Assembly (NCBI RefSeq): GCF_963921235.1
Contig: NC_086108.1
Span: forward strand, 68,574,001 to 68,638,000
DNA: 64,000 bases
Direction: 5' to 3'
Source of the DNA: Mobula hypostoma
Lineage: Eukaryota
Below the pieces are notes generated by a model, which searched no databases, was not told where the DNA came from, and saw only the letters and a list, made by a program, of their open reading frames with translations. The translations under genes and the position numbers were made by a program. Below are positions 22,433 to 35,432 of the stretch, piece by piece; position 1 is the stretch's first letter, and the number at the start of each line of letters is the position of its first letter.

Positions 22433-25340
22433 GCCTCAACCATTCCTTTCTGCCTTGTTGTTGCATCATAAGGGTGAGAAATTATTCTGATGCAGCTGTA
22501 AAGATGAGAGCTGATATTTCTTATATCTCGCAAGTTGCATTGCACCAGATGTTCCTGTAAATGATTGCTCAACCCAAACAAACCATGGTCAGAGTCATAT
22601 AGATTTTCTAGGTCCGTTAATAGAAAAATAATAGTGACCATTATGGATGTACATTCCAAGCAGTCTGTTCCTACAGATACATATACAGCACAAGCTACTA
22701 TGTAGGAACCGGTTGAGGGATAAAAATTGGCCAGAGTAAAGAAAAATCTACTTTTAATAGTGTTGTGAGAGCTCTTATGTCAAATAAGAGGTTAAAAGAA
22801 AGACTACACTTCTGACACTGCAGCACTACATCAGCATAGACATTATAGTTCACAGATTTGACTGCAATGTGAATTCATGCCTTCTGACTCAGATACAAGT
22901 GCTCCAAAATCTGTTTCTTTCTCATGGTGTCTGCTGCTCTAAAATGCAGCCTATAGATTCAGAAACTATTGGATCTAATTGGATGCTAAACAGCATTATA
23001 ACAAATCTCAGATCATCCTCATTCCACAGATATCTAACTAGTACACTTCCAGAATCAGATAGCTAGGGGGATTGAGAACCACTGAGTTCACATTGTAATG
23101 CCATTTCTGTCACCATGGTTGCCATCTGACCGATTAAGTATTTCCATCATTTTCTATTTCATCTCTAGGCTTTCATCATGAGATTTAGATTTATATATGA
23201 GAGTATATTCATGAGATTGAGATAGAAACTTCAATCAAACTTTGAAAACCATATAAAAACAATTCTAAATCTAAAATATTTTGTATTATTAATCTGCAGG
23301 AATTATAATCCACATACATAAAATTGGTTTTTCAAGGCCATGCTGCTAAGTAATAATTATGGCTCAGGGTGCCATTACACTTCATGTAACAAAGCACACT
23401 CTGAGACAGGACCATAATATGACAAGCTCACAGATTTCTCAATATCGCATTAGGGAAAACTGCAAAACAACTCACCCTGTAGGGGAGCAAAGTGACAGTG
23501 ACAAGAATTTCTGAATTTTTAAAATGCAAATAGGTACTTCAGAGGTGGTTGTCAGTTTAAATGGTGAAATGATCGTAAATGTTTTCAATCCATCCCTGAC
23601 AATTACATCAATTTTAGTTTTTTTGAATAAATACATTTTAAATTGAGATTTTAATATACTTACTGGAACAAAAATATGCAAGAATTAAAAACAAAAATTC
23701 AAATGAAAATATCCAAGCAGAACCCCTTTGAGCTGGCTATATTGAAAAATATCAAGGAAATTTTCCTTGCAAAATAGAAATATACCCATTTGAGAATAAA
23801 AATGTGAATTATTTGCAAACATGGCCTTTTTATTGTTTAACTTCCTTGCATGTGTCAGTTTCTACCAATCACACACCTAAAAACTAAAGAAGAGTAAGTA
23901 TTCATAAGGTTATCTGAGGCTTTGATTTTATCTTTCTTGATGTTTTCTTTCATTAAGAAATCAAAAAGTACATAATTATATTGAATCAAATGCACATCTT
24001 CCACTCAACATGGAAGTCAATAGTTATGATAACTGTACCTCAATCTGGTATTTTCATTCATATTTAGCTCTACGACAAACACAATTTATCAATATCATTA
24101 ACAATTATTATAAAGCAGTGTTTGCTCAAGTTTACTCTCCCGAAAATATTTAACTCCTAGATATCACACATAGCACAATAATTGTATTTACCTTTTGAGA
24201 ATCAACTTACTTTACAATACTATTTACCTGGAAATTGGTTACCCTCATATATTTGATAACGAATGGATCTGCAAAATAACAGGCATTTTTAGGAATTTCA
24301 CATATATTCTTCAACTAAAACAACACATTTCCTCACATTCAAAATGTATAATACTAAAAATGAATAAAGCAATTAATTTGATTTTAAACCATAAATGAAT
24401 TCTGCAGGTGAATGAAGAATTTTGACTGGTAGAGATAAACAACAGAGACATTCCCTAGCACAGTCTTTTTCATTAGAATCTAGTTTGCAAATGTTCTTGG
24501 ATGTCAAGGCGCTCCAAAAATGAAACAAATAAATTAACATTCTGTATAGTCCACTTCAAATACACCATTTATTTTCCTGACCATATGAACAGCTACTCTT
24601 TGTTATTCCTTCCGCTGTTCAAATCAACTTTCTCCCTTCATCATTGTGCATGATCTCGGATGTTGTATTTCTCTCTCAGTATGTAACTCTGCTGGTCATG
24701 AAAATCAACAAGAGTAGACTAAATCATATCTTTTCATACACGCTACAAAGCTCTTAGTGTAAGATCAAAACAAACACAAGTCAAAGAAGTAAGCTACCAG
24801 AAGGCATACTAAGTAAATTTGGAGCAAGTATGATTAATGTGGACCTTTGGTATTTGTGCCTATGAATATGTTTTTACTTAATTATGTTACTTAATTCCAA
24901 GTTAATCTACCTTATCCCTGAAATTATCAATATTTCTATCACAGCAGTTGTTCCCTTAAAATTGCTTTAAACAGCTCATTTATTACAGAATATTTAACAA
25001 GTCAAAAGCTGCATTAATAAGAGTAAATTGCAATCATTGTCTAAGTGAATTACCTGGTTCAGCTGTATTTAAATCTGATGTACCAAATAATTCAAAGCAA
25101 CAAATGCCCTGTTTAGGACAAGTGCAATTCAATCCATATGTGAACAGACACACAATCAATTGTTAGAATTGCTTTTGTCAGGCAAAACAGTAAAATTTTG
25201 TGTATCTTCTGAAAGAAAAGCAAGAAGATGTCTGCCTTGAACATAGAAGAGGCCCAAGCATCACAATGGCCATGCCAATCAAGATGTGGATTTAGACTGC
25301 ACACCTGCCTGCACATGATCCATATCTCTGCATAAAAATA

Positions 25341-25665
25341 AAGATTAGCTTTATTTGTCACATGCACATTGAAACATCGAGGCACATGGTGAAATGAGTC
25401 ATTTGTGTCAAATCAAGTCAGCAAGAATTCTGCTGGACAGCTTTCAAGTGTTGTCACGCTACCCAGCACCATCATAGCATGCTCACAATTCACTAACCCT
25501 AACTCATACATCTTTGGTATGTGGGAGGAAACCAGAGCACCTGGAGGAAACCCACATGATTATGGAGAGAACGTAGCAACTCCTTACAGACAGTGGTAGG
25601 AATCAGAGTTTGACTGGTGGTTTCTTCCACTGTGAAGTGATTGCACCAATCGCTATACTATCTTG
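25341..25665 (-). mobile_element. V-SINE-like SINE with Rex1-type tail
   Basis: Plus strand reads GGGAGGAAACCAGAGCACCTGGAGGAAACCCAC...AACTCCTTACAGACAG (reverse complement of the SINE core); tail TGTGACAAATAAAGCTAATCTT on minus. Confidence 0.65.
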
Positions 25666-25679
25666 TCTCCATGCTGATG

Positions 25680-26000
25680 TGCCTGTCCAAATGCCTTTTA
25701 AACATTGCCATCATATCTGCTTCCACTACTTCCCTGGTAGCACTCTCTGGGCATTTATCACTCTGTGAAAAACTTACCAAGTAAATCTCTTCCAAACTTT
25801 CTCCTCTCTCTCCTTAAAGTTATACTCTCCAGCATTTGACATTTCCATCCTGAGCAAAAGACTTTGGCTATCTACCCATGCCTATGTTTCTCATCATTTT
25901 ATGTAATTTGATAAGGTCATCACTCAGCCTAAAGAAACAATCTAAGTTGTCCAGCCCCCCCCCACCCCTTTTAACTAATACTCTGAAATCTTGGCCAGCT
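25680..26000 (-). mobile_element. Old CR1 3' fragment
   Basis: Similar to the CR1 C-terminus at 40880-41200. Confidence 0.6.
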
Positions 26001-26880
26001 GTCTACAAACATCACCAAAACTCAAGATTACTGGGTCACTTGGCTCATTGTCATCTGTATGCAATAAGATTCATCCTATTTTAACATGTAAATCTGAAAG
26101 TTTTCATGCATCAACAATTCTAAAACAATTGAAGTTAAATTATTAATACTGGTAAAATTAAACATAGCTTCTTATTAACCTATGAAATAAACTTGTGATT
26201 TTTCAATTACCATAATCAATGGATCATTCACTCCTTCGCAGAATTTTATACAGATGGTTGTTTACTGGGGATATTAAACATATTCAAGTGGTAAATTGTA
26301 TATGTGACCTATAGTAAAATTTATTGATAAATAACAACCATGGGATATAACAAAATATTTCTTTCTCTCCAGCATGACTCATCCTGGGTGTCCTGTAATC
26401 ATCACCAATTTCCCAGTCCAATCATTCTTTCTGACATTTAATTATTACATTACATTCCAGTCCTTTCCTTCTCTTCCATTTGAGCCTCTTTCCATTTTCC
26501 AATTTTTGATCAAAGTTCACCGACTTTATTTTTCTTTCCATAGACAGTCCAAGTTGGCCACAACACCCCAAGCTCCATCACGGCGAGCACTGGTGCCTCC
26601 CAGGGTTGTGCACTTAGTCCACTGTCAGATTCATTTCAAACCGCATCATCATGTTTGCTGTTGATACTTGGTGGTCAGCATACAAGAGGAGGTAGAGAGG
26701 CTTGTCAAATGGTGTGAAAACAACAACCTGAGTCTCAACATAGGCTAAACCAAAGATATGACCGTGGACAACTCTCCCTTACATGTCAATGGCTGTGCAG
26801 AGAGTGAAGAGCACAAAGCTCCTTGGTGTGCACCAATTGGACAACCTAACCTGGATCCACAACATCTCCTCACTAGTCAA

Positions 26881-27123
26881 TGTTGTGTATTCAATCTTTG
26901 AGTAATATTGTAAATATATTATTTGATTACACTTTCTTTATTTGTTTTCATAAATCATTATGTGTTATATGTAAGAAGTAGTGAATGACACACTCGATTA
27001 CACCGCCACATCACATGCAAATAACTCACTAAGAAAAAGTAAAAAGAAAAACTAAGTAGACAGAACGTATCCCAGCTCCCATGTTTTTCTTTCAATTAGT
27101 TTCTGGAGTTATAAGACATAACA
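26881..27123 (+). mobile_element. Solo LTR of the Gypsy family
   Basis: TG...CA ends; perfect 5-bp TSD GTCAA (26876-26880 / 27124-27128); similar to the LTRs at 7308-7542, 35904-36140 and 48033-48264. Confidence 0.92.
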
Positions 27124-27301
27124 GTCAAGGAGGCACAGCAGCGTCTATGCTTTTTGAGGAGATTGAGACATGTAAAGTTCACCAGCCCCATTCTAACGAC
27201 TTTCTACAGGAGCACCATCAATAGTGACCTGTCTGGCTGCATCATTGTGTGCAAGGCGTCGGACCACAAGACCCTGCAGAGGATAGTAAAAACTGCCGAG
27301 A

Positions 27302-27614
27302 TTTATTATCATTTGAGTTAATTGATAGATTTCCTCCACGATCTAATTGTAAATTCTTGGAACATTTTTTTTTCTTGCTGGCAGTTTGATGTTTATCTTT
27401 AGAAGCTTTTTGTATGACTCATGGCTCCGGGGTCGAACACCTAATGGGGTTTTTTTTCCCACTTTTTCTTGCTTAGTAGGGTTTTTTTAATCACCAAAAT
27501 TTTTCACTCTTTAAAATAATGTTTTTTTCTTGAGACATTGTAAGTGTTGCCTACTTCAATGTACTCATGTTAATTTTGGATAATAATAATAATAAAAAGA
27601 TTTGAAAAGGAAAA
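27302..27614 (+). mobile_element. L1-clade 3'UTR fragment
   Basis: 14-bp TSD AAAAACTGCCGAGA (27288-27301 / 27615-27628); ends AATAAAAAGATTTGAAAAGG-A(n), like the L1 tails at 15701 and 43481. Confidence 0.82.
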
Positions 27615-28249
27615 AAAAACTGCCGAGAGCATCACCAGAGTCTCTCTCCCCTCTATTAGTGATATTTACTGGGAGCACTGCAGACAATTCACTGTTGAGG
27701 ATCCCTACCACCCATCCCACAATCTCGTTGACCCACTACTGTCAGGAAGGAGGTACAGCAACATCAGGACTAGGACTGCTACACTGGGTAAAGCTTCCTT
27801 CACCCAGCTGTGAGACAAATGAATACCCCGAGGTCTCGTCACTAGGGCAGTGAGCCCTATTTACTCTTTACCTGTGCTACGCACTACATATTTTTTTGAA
27901 TTATATTTTATTAAATTATTTATGGTAATATTTTGGCTTGTGTGCTGTGTGTGATACATGCTTAGTGGATGCACTGTGGTCCAGAGGAACATTGTTTCGT
28001 TTGGTTGCATACTGTATATGTACAGTTAGATGACAGTAAACCTGAACCTGAACTTGAACTGACCCCTGCTAAGTATTTCCCCCCTTTTCTGTTTTTGTTT
28101 CAGATTACTTAAATTCTTTGCTACTTTGCTGACAAGTTTTTCTTTTCTCTCTTGCGTCATTCATGTAGAGATTAAAGAGGGAATTTAAGAATCATTAAAT
28201 ATTACTAGGAACAACAATTTTCATTCAATATAAACAGATCCCTAAAATT

Positions 28250-29080
28250 GTTTTCCTAATTGCCATTAGAGGTTGGATATTGAATTAGAAAGGGAGGATT
28301 AGATCAAACCTGATTGAATTTTAAGAGGGGCTTTAAACACACGTGTGGTTTAATAAGATGGATCAGGTAGACGTGACATCAGAAGTTGAGGGTACAAATT
28401 ATGTAAATGCAGTTAAAATAAAAACAGTAAATAAAGTATAGCCTAATTAAGTGCAAAGGGTAAGGACCACAAATCTAGATTAAATGCATCCATGCATTTA
28501 AAAGATCTAGGAAAGACATAGTACAGGCACTTCTACATGCTTAATAATTTGAAATCAAAATAGCAGATCATCAGAAGTCTTCTAGGGTGCCAACATAATA
28601 ATTAAATTTAAAACAGGAGAGAAAGTATGACCAGGACATATAGCCATCAGTTTAACATTAATTTTAGCAAAAATAATAAAATTATTTTGAAATCATTTGA
28701 AAGCAGAATATCGTAATGAAAAGTTGGCACGGTTTTCTAAAGGAAATTTTTTGTTTGTCCACTCTCAAATAACAAACTACTAAAGTAACAGAGCATAGTC
28801 AATGGTAATGCTGTAGGCATAATTTATCAAGATTTTCCAAAAGTCCGTCAATATGGTGCTACATAATATGCTAATGATTTGTCATAGAGTGTGAATAGTC
28901 AGAAGAAGAACAGTTGGCTTTTTAAAAAAAAACAGTGAATAGAGGAAAGTTACTGGAATTTTCAGAGTTTCTTTTTAGTAAGTGAATTTGTATGAGAACC
29001 ACTATTATTTACAATTTTATGAAAATTTTGGAACCAAAACTACTCTTTCTAAATTTGCAGAGGGGCTATTCAGTAGTGAA
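28250..29080 (+). mobile_element. Highly decayed CR1-like RT remnant
   Basis: Residual similarity to the KSPGPD, NYRPVSLT, QHGF and DFQKAF regions. Confidence 0.4.
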
Positions 29081-30771
29081 GAGGAACACTACAAACAATG
29101 AAAACAACAATGGCCTGTGTTTGTCCCAGCAGCTGCCTTGCTTGCTTTATGGCCACAGCAGCCCTTTGAAGCCGTTTGGCTCCCAATTACCCCGAGATCT
29201 CTCTGCGAGAGCAATCTGCAAAACAAATAGACCAAGAGCGGCCAGGCCTTGGGCAATGAAAACCAAGGCCCCACCTATTCTACATGCTCACTGTTCACTG
29301 GGCCTCCTCACTGATTGTCAAAGACATTTAGAAGCAGTCGAATAAAATACATGAACACTGCAGCCACCTGATGGCTTTCTATGGAAAGAACACCTAATCA
29401 CTGTGAGATTCATCCGAATAATGAGTTTGCAGTTGTTGTAAGGGCAAAAGAATTTCAACATAAATATTACATTTTGATAAGAAAGAAAACAAGCATGTTT
29501 TACTTGATTAATAACCTCAATTTGGTCTTAAAAGGCATCTCACAGAATAAATCCACAAAACAATAAAAGTTTTAAAATATTTAAATCAAGCTCAAAGGTT
29601 TATTTCTACAAAGACAGTGATGAAAAAGAGGGAATTCATGCTAAATCCTTGTTAAAACATCAGGCTTGTACTATTGTAATAAACTTGTAATATTGATTCC
29701 AATTTGGTTGTGTTATATAAAACATGGAAATAGGCCCACTTGAGGTGATTTTCTAGGGCCGTTCCTACTCGCACCACAGAAATTGGATCCTACCCTACTA
29801 TCTCCAAGCTCTGTTTCAGACAAGGAGGTGCCTTGTCCTTGGCAATAAACATGGAAAGTCTTTGCAGGTTCAAAAGCTACCCCCTCCCAGGTGAGCAGCC
29901 ACTGTCTACACCAGCAGCAGGCATCAGAACGACTCTGCAGACTCTGCAGACTGTCATTCCCTGTAAGACAGCAGACCAGACAACATCCCAGGCAAGTACT
30001 CAGGAAATGTGCACACCAGCTCATTGACGTCTTCATGGACATCTTCAACATATCACTCATCCAGGCTGCTGACCCCCCCATGCTTCAAATCAGCCACCAT
30101 CATCCCCGTACCAAAGAACTCTACACCTTCAGAACTAAACGACTCCTGCCCGGTGGCACTGATATCAATCATCATGAAGTACCTTGAATGGCTGGTAATG
30201 GCACATATCAAAACACTCCATTCCTGCCACACTGGACAGTCACCAATATGCTTACCGACACAACCGCTCTACGACAGATGTCATTGTATCTGTCATGCAC
30301 CAGGTCCTGACACACCTGGAAAACAAGGACACATGTCAGAATGCAGGTTCTGGATTTCAGTTCGGCATTCATTACCATTGTCCCATTGACCTTGGTGAAC
30401 AAACTCCTACTCCTCAGCATAGTTCCCTCTAAGCTGTGTGCGTGTGTGCCTGCACACACGTTTTTCAACCAGCGCACAAAGGAAATTACTGTGCACACAA
30501 AAGGTTAATTACCTAACATAATGTAGTAGTTAATAATTATACTTATTGAATTAGCTAACTGTTTCTGTTAACTAGTTAGTCGGTTTTTCAAATACCACAA
30601 TGCACGTCACTAATTTACGTCACCTCACCTTTCCTGTTCCGGTTTGTACAGCTGCATCACAGCGGCAGCCATCTTTGGCAGACAGTGTTCATATCATAAA
30701 GGTTACAAAGGTCTGTTTCAAATCCTGTAGATGGATTACTAAGCTTTTATTGGAAAAAATATCGATTCATT

Positions 30772-31647
30772 ATGTCGAATTCAAAAGAAGCCAAGGGCGT
30801 GAAGTGCAAAAGAACTGCAAATTTGTTTAAAGTTGAATGGCTTAACAAAATAGTAGAAACTGTTACACCGAAAGCTCATGAGGTCATGAACGTTCAGCTA
30901 CGAGAAATATTTATGTATCATTCAGAAACTGGAGTTACCTGTTTGTATTGTCGAGATGTGAAAGTTGCTGGAGAATTTGCTAGTGGAAAGAAGTGGGATG
31001 ATATTTGCAAGCTTGACTTTTTGAAGCATCATTTGGCAAGTAAATCACATTTGGGCGGTATACAAAAGCTCAGGCAACAGAACCAGTCATTACCCGTTAC
31101 AGGAGTGCTACGCATGTTACGGTTGAGTGCAGATGAGCGAGAGCGAAAACGATCAAACCCAGAGGAGATCAAAGTTGAGGTACAAGAATGGTCAGCTTTT
31201 GATTTCTTCACAATTGCAGATTGTGACTTCACATTTGGCGATGAACAAGTTAATGCCTTATGTCTTAAATATCATGATTTTCTAGCTGAAAATATTGTAA
31301 TAGTTAGACAGTTTAATGATTTCAAATTTTCTGTGCAAGAAAAAATTAAATCCAAACCGATTTCAAACTTTGCTCAAATGGTGGCATTTGTACTTCAAAA
31401 TGAACAGTTTTGCAACCTTGCACAGTTGATGGACATTGGGGGAACCTTTCTTGCGTCTAGTGCAGACTGTGAATGAGGTTTTAGCATGATGAGTCAACTC
31501 AAAAACAAGCTGAGAAACCATTTAGGTGAATGTCATTTGGATCTGTTAATGAGAATCAAAAGCTATCAATGGAATGGAAGTTCTATTAGTCGAGATAGAG
31601 TTTACAAAGAATGGATAAATGCCAAAGACAGGAGAGAGAGAAAATAA
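30772..31647 (+). pseudogene. Deleted hAT transposase ORF: N-terminal zinc finger fused in frame to the hATC dimerisation domain; one premature TGA at 31474-31476
   Basis: FKVEWL...CLYC...LKHHLASKSH (ZNF862/TTF-type finger), then LASSADCE*GFSMMSQLKNKLRNHL...LDLLMRIK...EW..AKDRR. The DDE core is absent. Confidence 0.85.
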
Positions 31648-31679
31648 CTGAGTGACTTAAATATGATAAAAATTAAATA

Positions 31680-32160
31680 CCTCCAACCTGATGGCATGAA
31701 CATTGACTACTCCAACTTCCGTTAATGCCCCTCCTTCCCTTCGTACCCCATCCCTTGTTTATTTATTTGTTTGTTTGTTTGTTTGTCTGTTTATTTATTT
31801 ATTTATTGTGATTTTTTTTTTCTTTCCCCTCTTTTTCCTCTCTTTTTTTCTCCCTCTGTCCCTCTCACTATAACTCCTTGCCCATCCTCTGGGCTCCCCC
31901 CCCCTACTTTCTCCCTGGCCACCCGTCCCATGGTCCTCTCCCTTCTCCAATCTCGTATCCCTTTTGCCAATCAAGTTTCCAGGTCTTCGCTCTGTTCCTC
32001 CCCGTCCTGTCTTCTTCTATCATTTCAGATCTCCCCCTCCCCCTCCCACTTTCTCTTCTTTCAGTTAGTCCTGACGAAGGGTCTCAGCCCGAAATGCCGA
32101 CTGTACTTCTTTCTATAGATGCTGCCTGGCCTGCTGTGTTCACCAGCAATTTTTGTGTGT
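31680..32160 (+). mobile_element. Penelope-like 3' fragment (ORF end + pLTR with hammerhead motif) nested in the hAT element
   Basis: LQPDGMNIDYSNFR*, pyrimidine-rich pLTR; 12-bp flanking repeat GTGACTTAAATA (31652-31663 / 32161-32172). Confidence 0.88.
32067..32102 (+). ncRNA. Minimal type I hammerhead ribozyme motif (cleavage triplet mutated)
   Basis: AGTC-CTGACGA-AGGGTCTCAGCCC-GAAA-TGCC-GACT: stem I AGTC/GACT, CUGANGA and GAAA core intact, CGUC changed to UGCC. Confidence 0.7.
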
Positions 32161-33789
32161 GTGACTTAAATAGGTATGTTATTTTGTTGTTATTCTGTGC
32201 AGTTTTATGTCAAATATTTTGTAAACCTACATAAACTGCCCCATGTGTGCATTCAGTGCGCACATACTTTTATCACAGGAAAAAAATTTGCACAACATAA
32301 GATTTTTGCACACACTGATTACTAAAAATTAGAGGGAACATTGCTCCTCAGTCTAAATGCACCAATGTATAACTGGGTTTTAGACTTCCTAACCAACAGA
32401 CCTCAGGTAGTCAGGATGCACAACCCGCTCCTCCCCCTCCATCATCCTCAACATGGGTACACCCCAGAGCTGTGTACAGAGCCCATTGCTGTTTACACAT
32501 GACTGAGTGGCCAAACACCCGAGTATTCACACCGTCAAGTTCGCCAGTGACACAGCAGTGACGATGGGACAGCCTACAGAGAGGAAGTGGAAGAGCTCAA
32601 GGCCCTGTGCCAGGAAAACAACCTCTTCTTCACTGTTGACGGTTATTAACTTCAGGAAAACTCACACCACTCCCACCCCTCTTTACATCGGCAGCACAGC
32701 AACGGAAACTGCGAGCCGTCTCAAACTCCTGCGGTGCACGTCTCACACAAGGTCTTGTGGTCCCTGAGCACATTCTGCACAATCAGGAAGGCTCACCAAG
32801 GCCTCTACTTTCTGAGGAAGCTAAAAGAGAGTTGGATTATGTACATCTTTACACACATCACTCTACAGATATGCAGTAAAGAGCATCCGAACGAGCTGCG
32901 TCACTGCATGGTATGGAAAATTCACTGCAGTGGATAGGAAGATTCTACAATGGGTAGTCAAACTGCACCAGCCTATCTGCCATCAAGGGTATATATACAG
33001 AAAGGTGCTAGAAAAGGACCAGTAAATTCGTGAAGGATCCCACCCATCCTGCTCCTGGAATGTTTGACCCAGTCTCATTAGGGAGGAGGCTACATAGCAT
33101 CCTCGCCAAGACCACAGACTAAAAACACTTACTCTCCTCAAGCAGAAAGGTTGACCAACACCTCCACCCACAAACCCACCCCTCCACACCCCTAATCACC
33201 ACGACTTCATCATTTCCTGTCAGTCATTTTACCTGCAGATACTCCTGTGCCTGGCATGACTTTATAGATATCTAATCCATTTATGTATATAACCCATCTT
33301 ATGTATTTATATTTATTGTTTCATTAATTATGATTGTGTTCTTTATCGTATAGTGGATTTTGTGCTGTATTGGATTCAGAGTAACAATTATTTCATTTTC
33401 CTTTATACCTGTGAAAAGGAAATGACATTAACCGATCTTGAATGTTAAAACGTGAATATTTGAATAATGAATATTGCTGCAGAAAGAATATCTGCTCCCT
33501 ACATACATGTCCATCACCACTACCTCTTTCTTTAACACTCCACCCTCATGAATGGTCTTTTCTACCATAAATCAGATTTCAATCATTTCACCCTCAGCTT
33601 CTTATGTCTTAAATAAAACATCCTGGCTTATGTTAAGCTCAGGGGCAAATTTAACCATTAAAGCTGAAATGATGTACAACAGGGAATAGAGAAAACAAAA
33701 AGACTTCTGTTTCCCATCCTGCACCTTAGCTACATGTTCATTAAATTCTTAATATTCAACATATGTTTAAAGCCACATTCTCTGCCCTC

Positions 33790-34325
33790 AGCGTGATATA
33801 CCAACTAGTGGAGTGGTGTCACAGCAACAACCTGGCACTCAACGTCAGTAAGACGAAACAGCGGATTGTAGACTTCAGGAAGGGTAAGATGAAGGAGCAC
33901 ATACCAGTGCTCAGAGGAATCAGAAGTGGAGAGAGTGAGCAGCTTCATGTTGCTGGGCGTCAAGATCTGTGAGGACCTAACCTGGTCCCAACATATCGAT
34001 GCAGTTATAAAGAAGGCAAGGCAGTGGCTATAATTCATTAGGAGTTTGAAAGAGTTTTGGTATGTCAATAAATACACTCAAAAACTTCTATAGATGTACC
34101 GTGGACAGCATTCTGACAGGCTGCATCACTGTTTGGTATGGCGGGGGTGGGGGGGGGGCGCTACTGTGCAGGACTGAAGGAAGCTGCAGACGGTCATAAA
34201 TCTATTCAATAAACACGTACTATAATTGATCTTTTTTCTTCTATGTTATGTACTGCATTGAACTGCTGCTTCTAAGTTAACCAATTTCACGACACATGCC
34301 TGTTATAATAAACCTGATTCTGATC
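33790..34325 (+). mobile_element. Rex1/Babar-type LINE 3' fragment (internally deleted)
   Basis: WCHSNNLALNVSKTKQRIVDFRKG; LTGCITVWYG; AATAAACCTGATTCTGA tail. Confidence 0.82.
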
Positions 34326-34609
34326 ATTTCACATACGAGTTACTCTTTTTTACATTTTCTTAATCTATGTGTTGCTTAACATTCAGTCAGATCTACTTTA
34401 GTAAGCCCCAGACTCCTTTCTCCTTCTAATTTGTCTCAGATTTTCCTTCAATATGTTAGTCCCAGTTTGCCTATACTAAATTGGTTTTCATTCTCGTAAG
34501 ACTGACCTAACCAAATTGAGAACTTTCGCCCTGCTCTTTTTTTTCTTTTTTCATTCTCACATAAATGGAATCTAACTTACTTGCGATATCTTCCACCAAA
34601 GTTTTATCC

Positions 34610-35200
34610 ATCCTGTCAGGCAGCAACAATGGAGAGGAATAAGCAGTCGATGATTCAGGCTGAGATCTTTTGAAGACGAAAGGAGGGAGGAAGAAGCCAG
34701 AATAAGAAGGTGATGAGAGGGGAAGGAGTACAGGCTGGCAAGTGATAGGTGTAGCCAGGTGAGGAGGATGGGACATGAAGTGAGAAGTTGGGAGGTGATA
34801 GGTGAAGAGGATAGGAGAGGAGAGTGGACCATTGGAGAAAAGGAAGGAAGAGGGGCACCAGAGGGAGGAGATAGGTAGATGAGCAGAAGGGAAAGAGTAA
34901 GAGCAAAGCAGAGTGGGGAATAGAAAAAGAGAGGAGGGGGAGGGGGAAAATGATAAGATCAATGTTCATGCTGTCAGGTTGGAGGCCATCCAGACAGAAT
35001 ATGAGGAGGTTTTTCCCTCCAGCCTGAGGGTGGCCTCACTGTGGTAGTAGAGGATGCCATGGATCGACATGTTGGAATAGGAACAGGGAGTAGAATTTAA
35101 ATGGTTGGCCACTTGGAAATCCTGTCTGTTGTGGATGGAGCAAAGTTGCTCGACAAAGATGTCCATCTGTAAGACGTAGGCTTTGCCAGTGTCCGTCTGC
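34610..35200 (-). mobile_element. Penelope-like 3' fragment (GIY-YIG end + pLTR)
   Basis: VANHLNST..SYSNMSIHGILY; purine-rich strand of the pLTR; degenerate hammerhead at ~34645-34680. Confidence 0.8.
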
Positions 35201-35300
35201 AACAAGCAGGATTTCTAGCATCTGCAGAATCTCTTGTGTTTTTTTCCATTCTGCTTCTCCAGTCTCATTAACTGTAACTGAATCCAGAACTATTCCCATC

Positions 35301-35432
35301 ACAAACAAGAGAGAATCTGCAGATGCTGGAAATCCAAGCAACACATACAAAATGCTGGAGGAACTCAGCAGGCCAGGCAGCATCTGTGGAAAAAAGTACA
35401 GTCGACGTTTCGGGCTGAAACCCTTTGGCAGG
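35301..35432 (-). mobile_element. Short Penelope-like terminal element starting at the hammerhead core
   Basis: Minus strand CCTGCCAAAGGGTTTCAGCCCGAAACGTCGACTGT...CATCTGCAGATTCTCTCTTGTTTGT; ATTCCC repeated on both flanks. Confidence 0.8.

Larger units (their letters stand above)
26675..28060 (+). mobile_element. Rex1/Babar-type LINE 3' fragment hosting a solo LTR and an L1 tail
   Basis: WCENNNLSLNI; KEAQQRLCFLRRL; LLSGRRY; (CCTGAA/CTTGAA)n tail at ~28040-28058. Confidence 0.78.
30418..32343 (+). mobile_element. hAT DNA transposon, internally deleted derivative
   Basis: 8-bp TSD CTCCTCAG (30410-30417 / 32344-32351); 15-bp TIRs CATAGTTCCCTCTAA and TTAGAGGGAACATTG (2 mismatches); GCACAC-rich subterminal repeats. 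Confidence 0.93.
29955..33445 (+). mobile_element. Rex1/Babar-type LINE (RT to 3' tail), split by a hAT insertion
   Basis: ORF 30009..30389 FKSATIIPVPK...ELNDSCPVAL; QYAYR; DFSSAF; resumes at 32352 (WVLDFLTNRPQVV); ATCTTGAA tail at ~33435. Confidence 0.85.
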
